Below, in pieces: positions 39,610-52,268 of a stretch of 64,000 bases of DNA (within the stretch, counting starts at the first letter, position 1; each line of letters opens with the position of its first letter). A program made the translations under genes and the position numbers. The notes beneath the pieces are model-generated. The model was not told the origin of the DNA and made no database searches. It saw only the letters and a list, made by a program, of their open reading frames with translations. The stretch covers positions 99,138,001-99,202,000 of the forward strand of contig CM059434.1 in assembly GCA_030390025.1 (NCBI GenBank), in the 5' to 3' direction. Source of the stretch: Squalus acanthias (lineage: Eukaryota).

Positions 39610-40027
39610 GTCAACCGTAACTCAGTGGTAGCACTCTCGCCTCTGATCAGAAGGTCGTACGTTCAGGTCCCATTCTAGACCCGAGCACATAAACTAGGCT
39701 GACACGTCAATGCAGTACCGAGGGAACGCTGCACTGTTGAAGGTGCTGTCTTTTGGATGAGACATTAAATCGAGACCCTGTCTGTCCTCTATGGTGGATA
39801 GAAAAGATCCCATGGCACTATTTGAGAAGAGCAGGGAAGTTCTCCCGGTGTCCTGGCCAATATTTATCCCTCAATTAACACCACCAAAACTTGTTTATTT
39901 GGTCATTTATGTCATTGCTGTTTGTGGGGCCTTGCATGTGTGCAAATTGGCTCCCCATTCTTTAGTTGGCTGTGAAGCGCCTTGAGATGCCCCGAGGACA
40001 TGAAAGGCACTATATAAATGCAAGTTG
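39610..40027 (+). mobile_element. Near full-length tRNA-derived Deu-domain SINE (SacSINE1-like) with L2-type tail
   Basis: tRNA head ctcagtggtagcactctcgcctctga..gttcaggtccc, Deu core ggatgagacattaaatcgag..aaagatcccatggcactatt..gtgtcctggccaatattt, tail aaaggcactatataaatgcaagtt. Confidence 0.82.
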
Positions 40028-40754
40028 TTATCCTTCTTCTTAAAACTAAATTTGGGCACCTTTACCTTCGCCCCTCAGCATGCCTGCCTGGTGCTCCTCC
40101 TGCCACATTAGTAAAGTGCCATCCACACAAGAAGCCAGCAGTCCTTTGCTGGCTGCTGGCGCCCAACAACGCAGCCCTGGTCCTCCCAGAGTGTCATGAA
40201 ACACAGGCTTGGGGCACCAGTAAATTATCCAATTGGTTGACCCCACATCTAGTGAGATCAGCCCCTTTGTGGCAGGCCCTATAGTGCCCATACTGCGCTG
40301 GTCCCATTGGCACAGTGCTCAGGCCATTATCAGCTTCTCACTGTCAAAAGCCACACAAAAAAACCATGATGTGCTAAAAGCTGCTGAGAATCATGCCCAC
40401 CAATGAGTCAACAACTTCAACAGATGAGGGGAAAGGAGAAAAATTGGCGAGAGAAAAAAAAATGGCAGTCAATGACAACGCAGGCGTCTGGTAGAAGTTA
40501 CTTCAAATGGTGTTGCACCATCATGACTGATAGAGTCTGAAAGGACTCTGTCATATCAATAACAGGTGCTGAAAAGAAGTTAAATAGCTGAGGAATCTCA
40601 AGAGGCTCTTCCACCAAGTACAGGCTTGTAACTAGAGTAACCTGATCAATTTCTCCAAAAGCAAAGCTGCACCCAGTAAATCATGAAATACCATGTTCTT
40701 GCACTGAATAGGTCCAGACGTGTTATCGTATCCAAAGTGGATACTCATACACTA

Positions 40755-41075
40755 GATAATTAGACGTAGAGAAGATATTTTCATTTGTGGGGGAGACCAA
40801 AAGTAGGGGCCATAAATATAAATCTAATAGGGAATTCAGGAGAAACTTCTTTACCCAGAGAGTGGTCAGAATGTGAAACTTGCTACCACAGGGAGTAGTT
40901 GAGGTGATTAGCATTTAAGGGGAAACTAGATAAGCACATGAGGGAGAAAGGAATAGAAGGATATGCTGATAGGCTTAGATGAAGAGGGGGGAGAGGAGGC
41001 TCAAGTGGATCATAAATGTCGGCATAGACCAGTTGGGCTGAATGGCCCGTTTCTGTGCTGTAGGTTCTATGTAAT
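40755..41075 (+). mobile_element. CR1 3' end
   Basis: ttcaggagaaacttctttacccagagagtggtcagaatgtg (FRRNFFTQRVVRM) and 3' UTR gggctgaatggcccgtttctgtgctgta..ctatgt. Confidence 0.85.
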
Positions 41076-42223
41076 CATTTATAGTTCTAGACAATTAAGA
41101 ACTGTAACTGAATCATAAAAATGATGATATCAGTAAGAAATTAGAAGTAGGAGTGATTTGGCTGCAACAGACCACAAAGCATTGGAGGTAGAGCAGAAAA
41201 AGCAATCAAAGAGGGAGCCAGTGCAGGAGGACATAATCGAGCAAGCTACTGGAATGTAGAGGACACCAGCGAACAAACACACAGAGGAGGAAATAATGTG
41301 GGACACTATATCCTCCCCTGCTTGAGCGATATGGGCAGAATGTCCTCCTTTATCGATATTTATCTGTTAATTTGTGCAAGCAGGAGAGAGACTGGAAAGC
41401 AAATCTGTAAGCAAACAGAATGCTAGCAGGCAGATGGAGACACAAAGCAAGATACTACAAGCAGAGGCAGATGCGAGCAAACAGACAAGTACACGGCAGG
41501 GTGTTAAAGTAACAATTCAGACAATGTTGGTAAGTACACAGAGCAGCATGCTGGGGAATAGAGGAAGATGAGAGAGATGGTATGAGTCATTTGCTGATGT
41601 TATAAACTAAGCATGCAAACCTGAGGATCTCTCTCATTGGCAGTCAGCAGCCTTTGATCTGAATACTGACTTCACCAACTTCAGGCCTCTCCAATTTACT
41701 TGCTGGTTTCTCCCATTTACCTTCCACTTCATCTTCCTCGATTTTGAAGCTTTATCTTTTGTCTTTCCCTCATCTTTTCACCGCTTTATTCAGCAATTTT
41801 TACAGCCTTTTCTCTGCTTTACAGGTGATTTTTGTGCCTCATCCAGCACTTTTTCACCTGTCCAGCTTTTTAAAAAGTCCCTTACGTACCCGAGTCTTCA
41901 TCTTTATGTGCCGTTCTACCTCCCCGTCATTTCAGTTAGTTTACTCTGATAAAAGTCCTTGCTTGCATTCCAGCTGCCAGAAACTCTGGAAAAATGACAT
42001 AAATGACCTTTTACACCGTTTCTCTGTGGTTTCAGCCGATAAAGGGTCTGCACCCAAAATGGGATGGACATTTCCCTTTTCAGATGCGGACAGATCTGCT
42101 GTGTATTTCTAGCATTTTTTGAGAGATGCATTGCTTTTCAGTTTGCCAATCCGAGAAGGTAACTTGTCTGGGGCCGGTCACGGAGTAGAATTCGCTAAAA
42201 GATCCTTTACATTACAGACAAAA

Positions 42224-42495
42224 GGGGTAGAATTGCCACAGGGTTCCAACGATCACTCGCCGTAACCTCAGTGGAAGATCGGCTGAAACCGCGGAGAAAC
42301 GGTGTACAAGGTCATTTACGTCGTTTCTCCAGAGTTTCTGACGAAGTTATGGCATCAGATTTGGAGAACCCCTCCTCACCGGCAGAAATTACTGCCGGAG
42401 GGCTTTAGAGAGCCGACCAAGAGTGTCGCCATCCTGAATTTACACTGGAATCACGCTGCCAGTCTATCTCTGCACTGGCGGTAAAGTGAATCGGG
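42224..42495. mobile_element. MITE-like fragment with internal inverted repeat
   Basis: GGGGTAGAATTG TIR-like start and GGAGAAACG..CGTTTCTCC inverted arms. The right TIR was not found. Confidence 0.4.
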
Positions 42496-42569
42496 AGTGC
42501 TCAATGTGGCCATGATAAGATGGCCATTGCACAATTGAGTCACAATGTTATCCAGACATTATGTCATAC

Positions 42570-42865
42570 AATCATGGAAATTTATGGCACAGAAGGAGGC
42601 CATTCGGCCCATCGTGTCTGTGCCAGCTGAAAAAGAGCTATCCAGCCTAACCCCACTTTCCAGCTCTTGCTCTGTAGCCTTGTAGGTTACGGCACTTCAA
42701 GTGCATATTCAAGTGCTTTTTAAATGCGATGAGGGTTTCTGCCTCTACCACCCTTTCTGGCAGCGAGTTCCAGACCCCCACCACCCTCGGTGAAAAAAGT
42801 TCTCAACTCCCCTCTAAAACTTCTACCCATTACTTTAAATCTATGCCCCCTAATTGCTGAACTCT
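42570..42865 (-). mobile_element. CR1 3' end
   Basis: cacagaaggaggccattcggcccatcgtgtctgtgcc (CR1 3' UTR, reverse) and ttccagacccccaccaccctc..gtgaaaaaag. Confidence 0.82.
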
Positions 42866-44744
42866 CTGCTGGGCCCCTCATAATTTACATCTTCAGTTTG
42901 ATCAGTTTCTGTGTTTGCATGTTGTGCAAAATGTGTAATGATGTGCAAAATGTCCTCGGTTTTACTGGCACATTATGTCATGACATTACAGGCTGTGTAC
43001 ATGATGGCATTGTGAGGTTACATCACGACATCACCAGGGGAACATTCTCAAAATCCTTGTAAATCACGCTGCGGTTGGTGCTGTGCTTTTAGTGGCCGCA
43101 GTTAGACTGACAGCAGGCACTAAGATCCAGTGTAAAAGTGCTCTTCCTGGTTGCCAGTCTAACAGAATACAGTGGTTTTACATTTATCTGGCTGTGAGAC
43201 CCCCAGGCTGAGGGAATAGGCCGGCAAAAAGCAGCTTTAGCTTCACATAACCTCTATACAACAGCCCAACCACAAAGGATCCATGAGCTTTTCTAACTGA
43301 ACAAAATAAATCCTTTATGAAATCGCAGAAATGTAAAGCGTAATATTGAAAAGACACATCCACTGCACTTGAACAAACAGATGATACAAATCTAAAAGGC
43401 ACTCACCCACTTTTTATTCAATGTGGCTGAAGGTGGCATTATGCCTTCAAATGTTTTGCAAAGCAGCCAAACCACAGCTAAGACTACTTTTCCCAACTTG
43501 CAACTCTGTGCCACCTCTTTATCACATTCAGCTTTGTTTACATGGAGTGAATGCAGCAACATGCAAACAAAGGAACTGATCAAACGGTAAGAAAACCATA
43601 AAACCCGATCTCAGAATCTGAACACTACTACAACAACAGAGGTCACCCTGGATGAAACCCGTGTGAACATCATGGAAGATTACACAGGTTTCTAACAACT
43701 CTATTTCCTCATCCACAGAAGGTCAGATGGTTGTAGCTTCAAGCCCCACTCCAGGAATTGAGCACATTGAGCTTTTATATTGCGCCGAGACCCATGCTAG
43801 TAGTGAGCAACAATGGCTGCACTTCAAAGTATTGTGCAAAACGTGACTCGAGATGTTGTTAAAGAGATACAGCACAATATAAATGGAAGTATTTCTTTAT
43901 CCGAGATAATACCAGGAATCCCAGGAGAACTTTCTTCCATCTTGCTACTTTGCTCTTTTTAGCTATTTCCTGCTTAAATTTCAGTTTTCAAGGTTTCAAA
44001 GCATTTCTTGAACAGCAAGTCCTAATATCTATTAGTGCAACCCAATTTTTTCAGTAACTAGAATTTGAGAGTTATTTATCCATGCTAACAGAATGACCAT
44101 TTTCCAGCCTTTGCTCTATTGATACTTTACTAAATCCACCCCTTAGCGCCTGTCTGTTGCTCACTGACCGCTTGTGAATGGGAAAAGCTAGCTAAAGTCA
44201 TACTGGAACCTGGAAACTGCATCCTGAAGAGACTGGAACAATGTCTTCCAATACTAGACACCTACTATGAAATTGCTGTCTAAATGAAAACACAGATTCC
44301 TGCTACACTACAGTACAAATTGAGAGGAAATTCCTGTCACAAACAACTTGTTTGCAAAGCACCACCTGTTACTAATTGTGCCTTGCTGCAATTTGATTCA
44401 TAAAGGCAGCACAGAAGTGAAATTTAAACAAATTTGGTTTTCCATATAATGACATAGTTGACATTCCACTTAATATCTTTGATCTTCCAAATGAAACCAT
44501 TAATTTCCACCTGATGAAGCTCCAAACACACTTGAAGCATATATTTGCCCCAGTGAAGGGATGGACAGCCAATGCATTTTGCTCCATGTCCTCAGTCAGT
44601 GTTGCTCTGTAACCAGCCAGAGTTCATTAATCCTCCATCTGTGGAAAGTGCTCTTTTTCCACCAAATCCATAAACTATTGGCCAGGCTGAAGTCAGAGCT
44701 CTCCCTGTGTGCTTTTAGGAAGAAACGCAAACCTACAACCTATC

Positions 44745-45623
44745 TGAGGCTGGGTAACACACATACAGAGAGCCCAATGAAGCTGGGTAACACACACACA
44801 CACACACACACACGGCCCAATGAGGCTGGGTAACACACACACACAGCTCAATGAGGCTGGGTAACACACACACACGGCCCAATGAGGCTGGGTAACACAC
44901 ACACACAGCTCAATGAGGCTGGGTAACACACACACACGGCTCAATGAGGCTGGGTAACACACACACACACACGGCCCAATGAGGCTGGGTAACACACACA
45001 CACGGCCCAATGAGGCTGGGTAACACACACACACAGCTCAATGAGGCTGGGTAACACACACACACGGCTCAATGAGGCTGGGTAACACACACACACACAC
45101 GGCCCAATGAGGCTGGGTAACACACACACACGGCCCAATGAGGCTGGGTAACACACACACACGGCCCAATGAGGCTGGGTAACACACACACACACACACA
45201 CACACACGGCCCAATGAGGCTGGGTAACACACACACACGGCCCAATGAGGCTGGGTAACACACACACACGGCCCAATGAGGCTGGGTAACACACACACAC
45301 AGCTCAATGAGGCTGGGTAACACACACACACACACACACACAGCTCAATGAGGCTGGGTAACACACACACNNNNNNNNNNNNNNNNNNNNNNNNNNNNNN
45401 NNNNNNNNNNNNNNNNNNNNNNNNNNNNNNNNNNNNNNNNNNNNNNNNNNNNNNNNNNNNNNNNNNNNNNNNNNNNNNNNNNNNNNNNNNNNNNNNNNNN
45501 NNNNNNNNNNNNNNNNNNNNNNNNNNNNNNNNNNNNNNNNNNNNNNNNNNNNNNNNNNNNNNNNNNNNNNNNNNNNNNNNNNNNNNNNNNNCACACACAG
45601 ACAGCCCAATGAGGCTGGGTAAC
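44745..45623. repeat. Compound satellite AATGAGGCTGGGTAA(CA)n-CGGCCC/CAGCTC spanning an assembly gap
   Basis: About 20 visible units with variable (CA)n length. Confidence 0.95.
45371..45591. other. Assembly gap (221 N)
   Basis: Run of N. Confidence 1.
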
Positions 45624-47965
45624 AGATCGTATCTGAGCCCCACCCTGGCCCTTCAATGACTCTAACCACTTTACAACAGATTGCTGAAACACTTGAATCA
45701 ACAGTAAATCATTGTCCATTTAAATCTGCTGAGTTCTGCAAGTACTGCATGACCTTTGTAGCCTTCAAAACACAAACATTTTTTTTTGCACACACCGAAC
45801 ATTGTAATGATGAGATCAAACATTTACAGAAAGTAGAATTTGAGGGATAAAAGGCATAAGATATCCATGTCCTTCCATGCTATTTCCTTTGAATAACATT
45901 AAATTTTAAAATATTTTGGCGTAAGTCATTAACTTTGCTTCAGTCCTGAAAGGATTAGTGATCTTTCTTGACATCACCACAGCATTTGGCTTCCAACACA
46001 GCAAAGCTTTCCGATCGAATCGAGAGAGATACCTCCGGTTTCATTTGGCTGGGAGCAGGGAGGCTATGGGAGTGCACTGTTGCACCTTTTCCTGCACAGG
46101 TATGCATGTCATGGTTTTCTCACGAAAAATAACTATATTCAACTCTACAAGAGCATTTGTTGAAACATGCACCAGGGAAGTCGGTTACCAGGGCATTCTT
46201 CCATCTTGTGTCAACTAACCCCAGGTATTATTCCACATTCCCAATTTGATAAACATTGTGGCTCTAAAGATATTTCCAATTGGCCATCAATGCCTGCAGC
46301 GTTTCATTTTTATTGTGATTGGGAATTAAAAACAAACCTATTTTATGCCCACACCCATACTTGGTTGCCTGTTGGCCATGTATTTCGTTTTGTTTGGATT
46401 ACATGTTTTTCTATTATGCCAAGCAATTATACATAATCCTATTCCACCTCTTATCCTACAGTTCAGGCACTCCACTGATATTGTACAACCTAAAAGTGAG
46501 CAAACAGTACAGAAGTGTGTACATTTTATAAAAGATCTTTATCCATCAAGGAAAGGCACCAAAGGTAGTTCACCCAGGGCCTACGGGGATGAGGCTGTAG
46601 TACGGGAATAGCAGAAACCTGGGAGCAAGTATTTTGGTCAAGGAATGGTTGAGCCAGGGAAAAATAAAGCTCAACAGAAGTTCATTATAAACAAGGCATA
46701 AGCATGACAAGGTCTTGCATGCAAGATATGCAGCTGTGGCTGGCTAGTAGTAACTTTACACTGTAAATATATATATATTAGATATTAGGAGACCGACAGT
46801 GGAGGCTGATTGATGGAGGTGTGTGCTGACACAATATTCGCCCCATCAAAATGACCTTCTGACAGGATACTTTTACTGAAAGGAAGATTGCAAAAAATCC
46901 AGTTTTGAAGTAAACTACCCTCATGGATTTTATCTGTTTCTTTGTTTGCACACACACACACCATTCAGAAAGTAAAATATCTCCATTCTAAAGAAAAAAT
47001 AATAAACAACATTCCACCAGTTATCTTAGAACTCTTAGGTGATAAGTGAAATATCTTTATTTTTTTAAGATATTAGTTTCACACTGGTCATGTGTAAAGA
47101 CTCAAAAGGGTATTGGCAATGGGAGAGTCTGGGGGAGGGGGGGGAGAGAGAAAGAGAACACTTCCAGAATATACCAACATGAGTTACCAAATTGAGCTGC
47201 AGGAAGGAGAGTCAAGGCTTTATAAAAATTCTAATCTTGGTGTCATGCTTGAAGTACCTTTATAAAACACAAAGGAAGATTACAGAAGCATCAACAAATA
47301 ATGCAAGAGTTGTCAATCATTACTTTTTCAAGCTGCGCAGGGAAGCAAACTAAAAGATAGCGGGGCTGAGAGTCCTCGGCTGAGAGTCCACGGGAGTTCC
47401 ACCGCTCTCCTGTTAGAATTTCAGCCCCAATTTCTTCTATTCAATTGTGTGCCTTGTGGTACTGAAGATAACAGAGGTACTGAGAAAAAGGAATGATAGG
47501 AGATCAGACGCCTCTTCAAGCCAGAATATTTGAAAAAAACATAAGACTGAGAGTTTGGTCTCAACACTCTCAGATATTTAATCTTGCCTGTCTCAGTCAG
47601 TGAATCTGATTTATTCAAAGAAAAACCACATCACTCTTTCCCTCTTTTCTCACGCTGCCCTCACTGTTGCTCCATGCCTCCCCTCAATATTTTCCCCATC
47701 TTCTCCTCTCCCTAATGTTGTTTCAAGTCTCCCTCCCCATTTCCCTCTTCCTTCCCCCCACAATCGTCAAGCATTACCACTCTTCCCCCTTACTCCCGCC
47801 CCCCCACCCCTGCCCACCACTTTCCCTTCAGCCTTCTACTTTTGTGGCCTTTTTCCACAGTATCCTGGAGTTGTATGTGCCTTGGATCAGCTCCTGTCCA
47901 ACACGGCTGGCTGCTGCTTCCTTCTTACTTAACCTGTTCTATTCTAACTGTTTGATTCAGGCTGT

Positions 47966-47996
<31 letters not shown>

Positions 47997-48269
47997 GGGG
48001 GAGGGCAGGGGCAGGGTGTTGTGTGTGCATTGCTATTAGGGGATTTAGCAACCGACAGTGAGACAAATTTGCATATTTCGTTGGAAATTCACAAAGAAAT
48101 GTGACTTAGCTCCAGAATGCCCACCCCGCAGTCCTCCAGGTGCGGCGGTACCAGTACCTTGTACAGATTCATGAACAGCCCCTGGGTCCTTCTCCTCGGG
48201 CTGTACATCCCAAGGTTTAGTTAGTTTCCTTTTCCGCTGCCACACACTGTGCTGTTAATTTCAGGGAGC

Positions 48270-48765
48270 CATCCACTAATGTCTCCCAAATCCCTCTCTT
48301 GCGTTCGATTTGTAGCCTAGAATAATCCATTTATATCGCTACTGTTTCTTTCCCTTCCCTAGTTTTGTGACCTTGCACTTGCCCACATTAAATACCTTTA
48401 GCCACTCATCAGCCCCCCCTTCCCAATCTATCCCGATTCTTCGAATTTGGTTTGCCCCTTTCCTATCATCTGACACCCCTGTAATTTGGTGTCATCTACA
48501 AACTTTGACAGCTTTGTTTCTGTCCCCAGCTCCAAATTATTTATATACCCTGTAAACAGCAAGGCCCCGAGCACTGCTCTTTGCTCACCCACTACTGACC
48601 CCTTGGCATGTTGACACAGCTTTGTTCCCAACCACCCACTGCTTTCTCTGGCTTAGCCAATGTGCAATCTACCTCGGACGCTTGCCTCCAATTCCAGGTC
48701 TTCCTTTATTTCCTTATGTTGCACAATACCAAAAATCTTGCTGAAATCTAAATATATAATATTTT
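48270..48765 (-). mobile_element. Old CR1 RT fragment
   Basis: IIYLDFSKIFG and YINNLELGTETKLSKFVDDTKL. Confidence 0.72.
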
Positions 48766-48866
48766 GGAAGGATTTGAGAAAGTAAATTAGCCAAAGATTA
48801 TTTGCACTGGTTGGTGAACAAGGGAATGGTAATAAAGGTATGAGAGATAAATTTTGCCGTGCAAAC

Positions 48867-49204
48867 AAAGAAAGATTTGCATTTATATAGCGCCTTTCAC
48901 AACCTCAGGACGTCCCAAAGAGCTTTATGGCCAATTAAATACTTTTGAAGTGTAGTCACTGTTGTAATGTAAGAAATGCGGCAGCCAACTTGTGCACAGC
49001 AAGCTTCCACAAACAGCAAGGTAATAGTGACCAGATAATCTGTTTTACTGATGTTGATTGAGGGATAAATATTGGCCAGGACACTGGACCCCTGCTATTC
49101 TTTGAAATAGTGCCATGGGCTCTTATCCATCCACCTGAGAGAGCAGACGGGGCCTCAGTTTAACGTCTCATCCGAAAGTGCAGCACTCCCTCAGTACTGC
49201 ACTG
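48867..49204 (-). mobile_element. Deu-domain SINE (5'-truncated); further tail fragments at 33625-33730, 34320-34490, 50405-50505
   Basis: Reverse complement of the 39610 SINE core and tail (gagggataaatattggccaggacac, tttaacgtctcatccgaaag). Confidence 0.82.
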
Positions 49205-50550
49205 CAAAGGGTTATTAGAATATGGAATGCGTGCATTGGCTATTGAATATGGAATTAGATAAACATTTAAAAAATACTGAAGGATGCTGGGGAAAAACAG
49301 GAAAATGGGATTCAAGTAGGTAGGTCTTGCGTGCAGCTAGTACCGGCCTCCTCCATGCTGGAATTTCTAAGACAACCACCAAACCAACACTTTAGAATTA
49401 CCTCACCTTACAAATCATGTTAGCATTTTAATCAGTCAACTGAGGTCAAATTGGTCAGTTGGTTTAATTTTCCCAGACACGATTGACCTTTCTGGATAGA
49501 CCTATCTGTTCTGGGTGAAGCAATCACAAGTATAGGATCAAGTTCAACTGGCAACTGGCCAGAGCCCTACAAACATCCATAATAAAAATCGCACTCCAGT
49601 ATCCAGCTTTCTTTCTCAAGTTGGTTTGAACGTCTACTTCTAAACTACTGTAACCTTTAAAAAGGGAGTGTTCTCTGCAGCCAGGTTCTCAATTATAGAA
49701 CCTGTGCTACTGGAATGCTGAATATGATAAAAACAAATCAAGAAATGTGAAGAACCTTAGCTCACCTCTTAACTGGCAGTCTTCTCAGAGTTGTCTACTA
49801 GGCCTCAATCCTCCCTCTACAGACAATTTACTCAACCGCCGCAAAGTGATATCCTCCACAGCCAGAGGTGCGGCAATAAAACCTCAGGGAAATTCTAAAC
49901 AATAAGACAATGCTTGGCCTGTATTACAGCATCCATTTTATATGGAGTACTGGGGTAGGAGGAATCACTACATGGCATACAGATTGTCAGAGCCATTCTG
50001 TCCAAAATGTATTTTTAATTGTTGAAAAATAAACCTAAAATAGGGGGGATAAGAATATATATTTTTTTTAACAAAAAGGTTTGCCCTATTTTGTGACATA
50101 TCAAATGGAAGATACAGGATAGCATGCTTGAGATCTTAAATGAATTAACACCCATATCAGACACAACAACAGTTTGAATGATAACAGAGGCCACTAGGAT
50201 GAGTGGCACACCCAACTGTTAGGTAATGTGCCAATAGTTGCCTAGCAGTAGAGTTATTAGCCAGTCCAAGATTAAACAATCGTTAATCTTCTAGTAGCAG
50301 TGGTTATAAAATGCCCTTTACCTTGGTATTGTTGATATTCATGTCAGTGTGCCAAATAAGTAGCAGTAGGAGTCAGTAGAGTTCAAGCTCCAGTTGAAAG
50401 AAAGAAAACTTGCCTTTATATAGCGCCTTTCACGACCTCAGGACGTCCCAAAGCGCTTTACAGACAATGAAGTACTTTTGAAAGGTATTCGCTGTTGTAA
50501 TGTCGAAATTTTTTTGTAATGCTGTAATGTAATTGTCCTCTCATTCCAAA

Positions 50551-50680
50551 GGGCTGATTTTACCTCCCAGTGGGAGTCGTGTGGGCAGGGGACAAGGCGG
50601 ACAGCAAACCATCAGCCCTCCGCAGCAGGAGGCCTGGGAGATTTTACCTCCCAGGCCTCCTCGTGTCGACCCCTTCAGTC
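50551..50680. mobile_element. Harbinger-type MITE end fragment
   Basis: GGGCTGATTTTACCTC end and CTGGGAGATTTTACCTCCCAGGCCTC shared with the 14368 family. Confidence 0.5.
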
Positions 50681-52268
50681 TCCCGCCCAAACCCCAAAGG
50701 AAGCGCTTCTCGCCACATCCCCCTCTCTAACCTTCCTTTCCAAGATCCTTGAATGTGTTATTGCCTCTCAACTCCACGCCAGTACTCCATTTGAATGCTT
50801 TTGGTCTGGCTTTCAAACCGCTCTCAGCACTGAGGCTGCCTTAACCAAGGTCACAGATGACATTCCCTGTGACTGTGACCATGCTACATTATTACACATG
50901 TTACACGTGAAAACAGAGTGCAGAGTGCAGAGGTCACTGCTGGACCTTTCTTGTAATTAATTCATAAACATTTGCAAATAACTGTTTTTTAAACACCTTT
51001 CCTTCCTGACAATTAAAACAACTCTATAGGGGCTTTGAAAAGGCAGCAGTTGTTTTCAATGCCCCCATCCTAACTGGATGGAATTCTCACAGGTTCTCAA
51101 TGGCAGGTTTTGGTGTATCAGGTGCAGGGAGTTTGTCTTTTCAATTCATAACAAAACAGAAGGACTGATTGAGTTACATCTGACCTGGTAAATATGCGTT
51201 CTTTCTTTGTATATACACTCACACAGATACAGCTACACGCCCAAACATTTTAAAATATATTTGTCCTTGCGGCATGGCAAGGCAGTGCTTATTGTCCATT
51301 CCTAGTTACTCTGAAGGAATGAAGAGTCAACCACTTAGTGTGGGACTGGAGTCACATGTAGGCCAGACTGGGTAGATGTAGCAGGTTCCCTTCCCTGGTG
51401 GGTAGAAAGAATAGAGATATATTGAGGAGAAACTCAGGGTTGGGCTTGGGGAGGGTGGTACTTGAGGATTTTAAAAGCGAGGCCAGAAGGGTGGAACAGG
51501 GTGAGGGGCTTGAAGGAGAAGATGGTGCCAGTGGAGTAGGGAGAGAGACCATGGTGATGGAAAGTATAGCCAGGCAGGGAGGCTCAGACAAGGCTGACAC
51601 GTATAGCACTATGTACCCAAACATACACAGCAAAGATTTAAATTCAAGAAAAAACATTAGTGTGATAAACGGCAAAGCCAGTGATTTGCAAATCACATTT
51701 GTTTACACATGTATAGTCATGCAAGGAAATAGCAGTGAAAAGAAACAAGCTAGTTTCACAAGTACAATGTTACAATGTAGATGGAAGGATTGATTACAAA
51801 GCAGTTTCAACAGATTCACGGGGGCTGCAAATGTAACAAAGATAAGAACTATACTTTAAAACGTAAAAGTGTTTTGTCTTGACCAGAGACTGGGCTAGCT
51901 CACCACTTTTTCGGCTAGAAATTCATTATAGCCCAAGAATGGGCGGTGTCATTAGAAAAGTTGGAGAATTAGCGCCAGGCGCCAATGCTTTAGACTGCAC
52001 ACAAAATTCAGGCTCACTGCTCAAAAAAATGATTGGAGTACTAACTCAAGTCTTAAAGCCCAAGCTCACTGGCGTTCACTCAAAGGGTGGACCAATATCG
52101 GGGGCAGTCTAATCGCAAGTCATGATTGCCACAGGCTTTAATCAGTACTTAAAGGGAGGTTCATTGATGCTGCAAAACCTCATTCTCAGCATTGCTGGCT
52201 GTGCAGCTGCCTCAGCAAGCAGAAGCAGGACAAGGAGAAGGAGCCGGAGGACTGAACCAGCTGTACTC

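Noticed and set aside
38615-39678. 343-aa Pro-rich and several Gly/Trp-rich ORFs
   Set aside because: Translations of a stop-free 23-bp minisatellite.
39615-39680. tRNA gene
   Set aside because: tRNA-derived head of a SINE, continuous with the Deu core; no intact cloverleaf.
44693-45719. Cys/Val-rich ORFs
   Set aside because: Translations of the (CA)n compound satellite and N gap.
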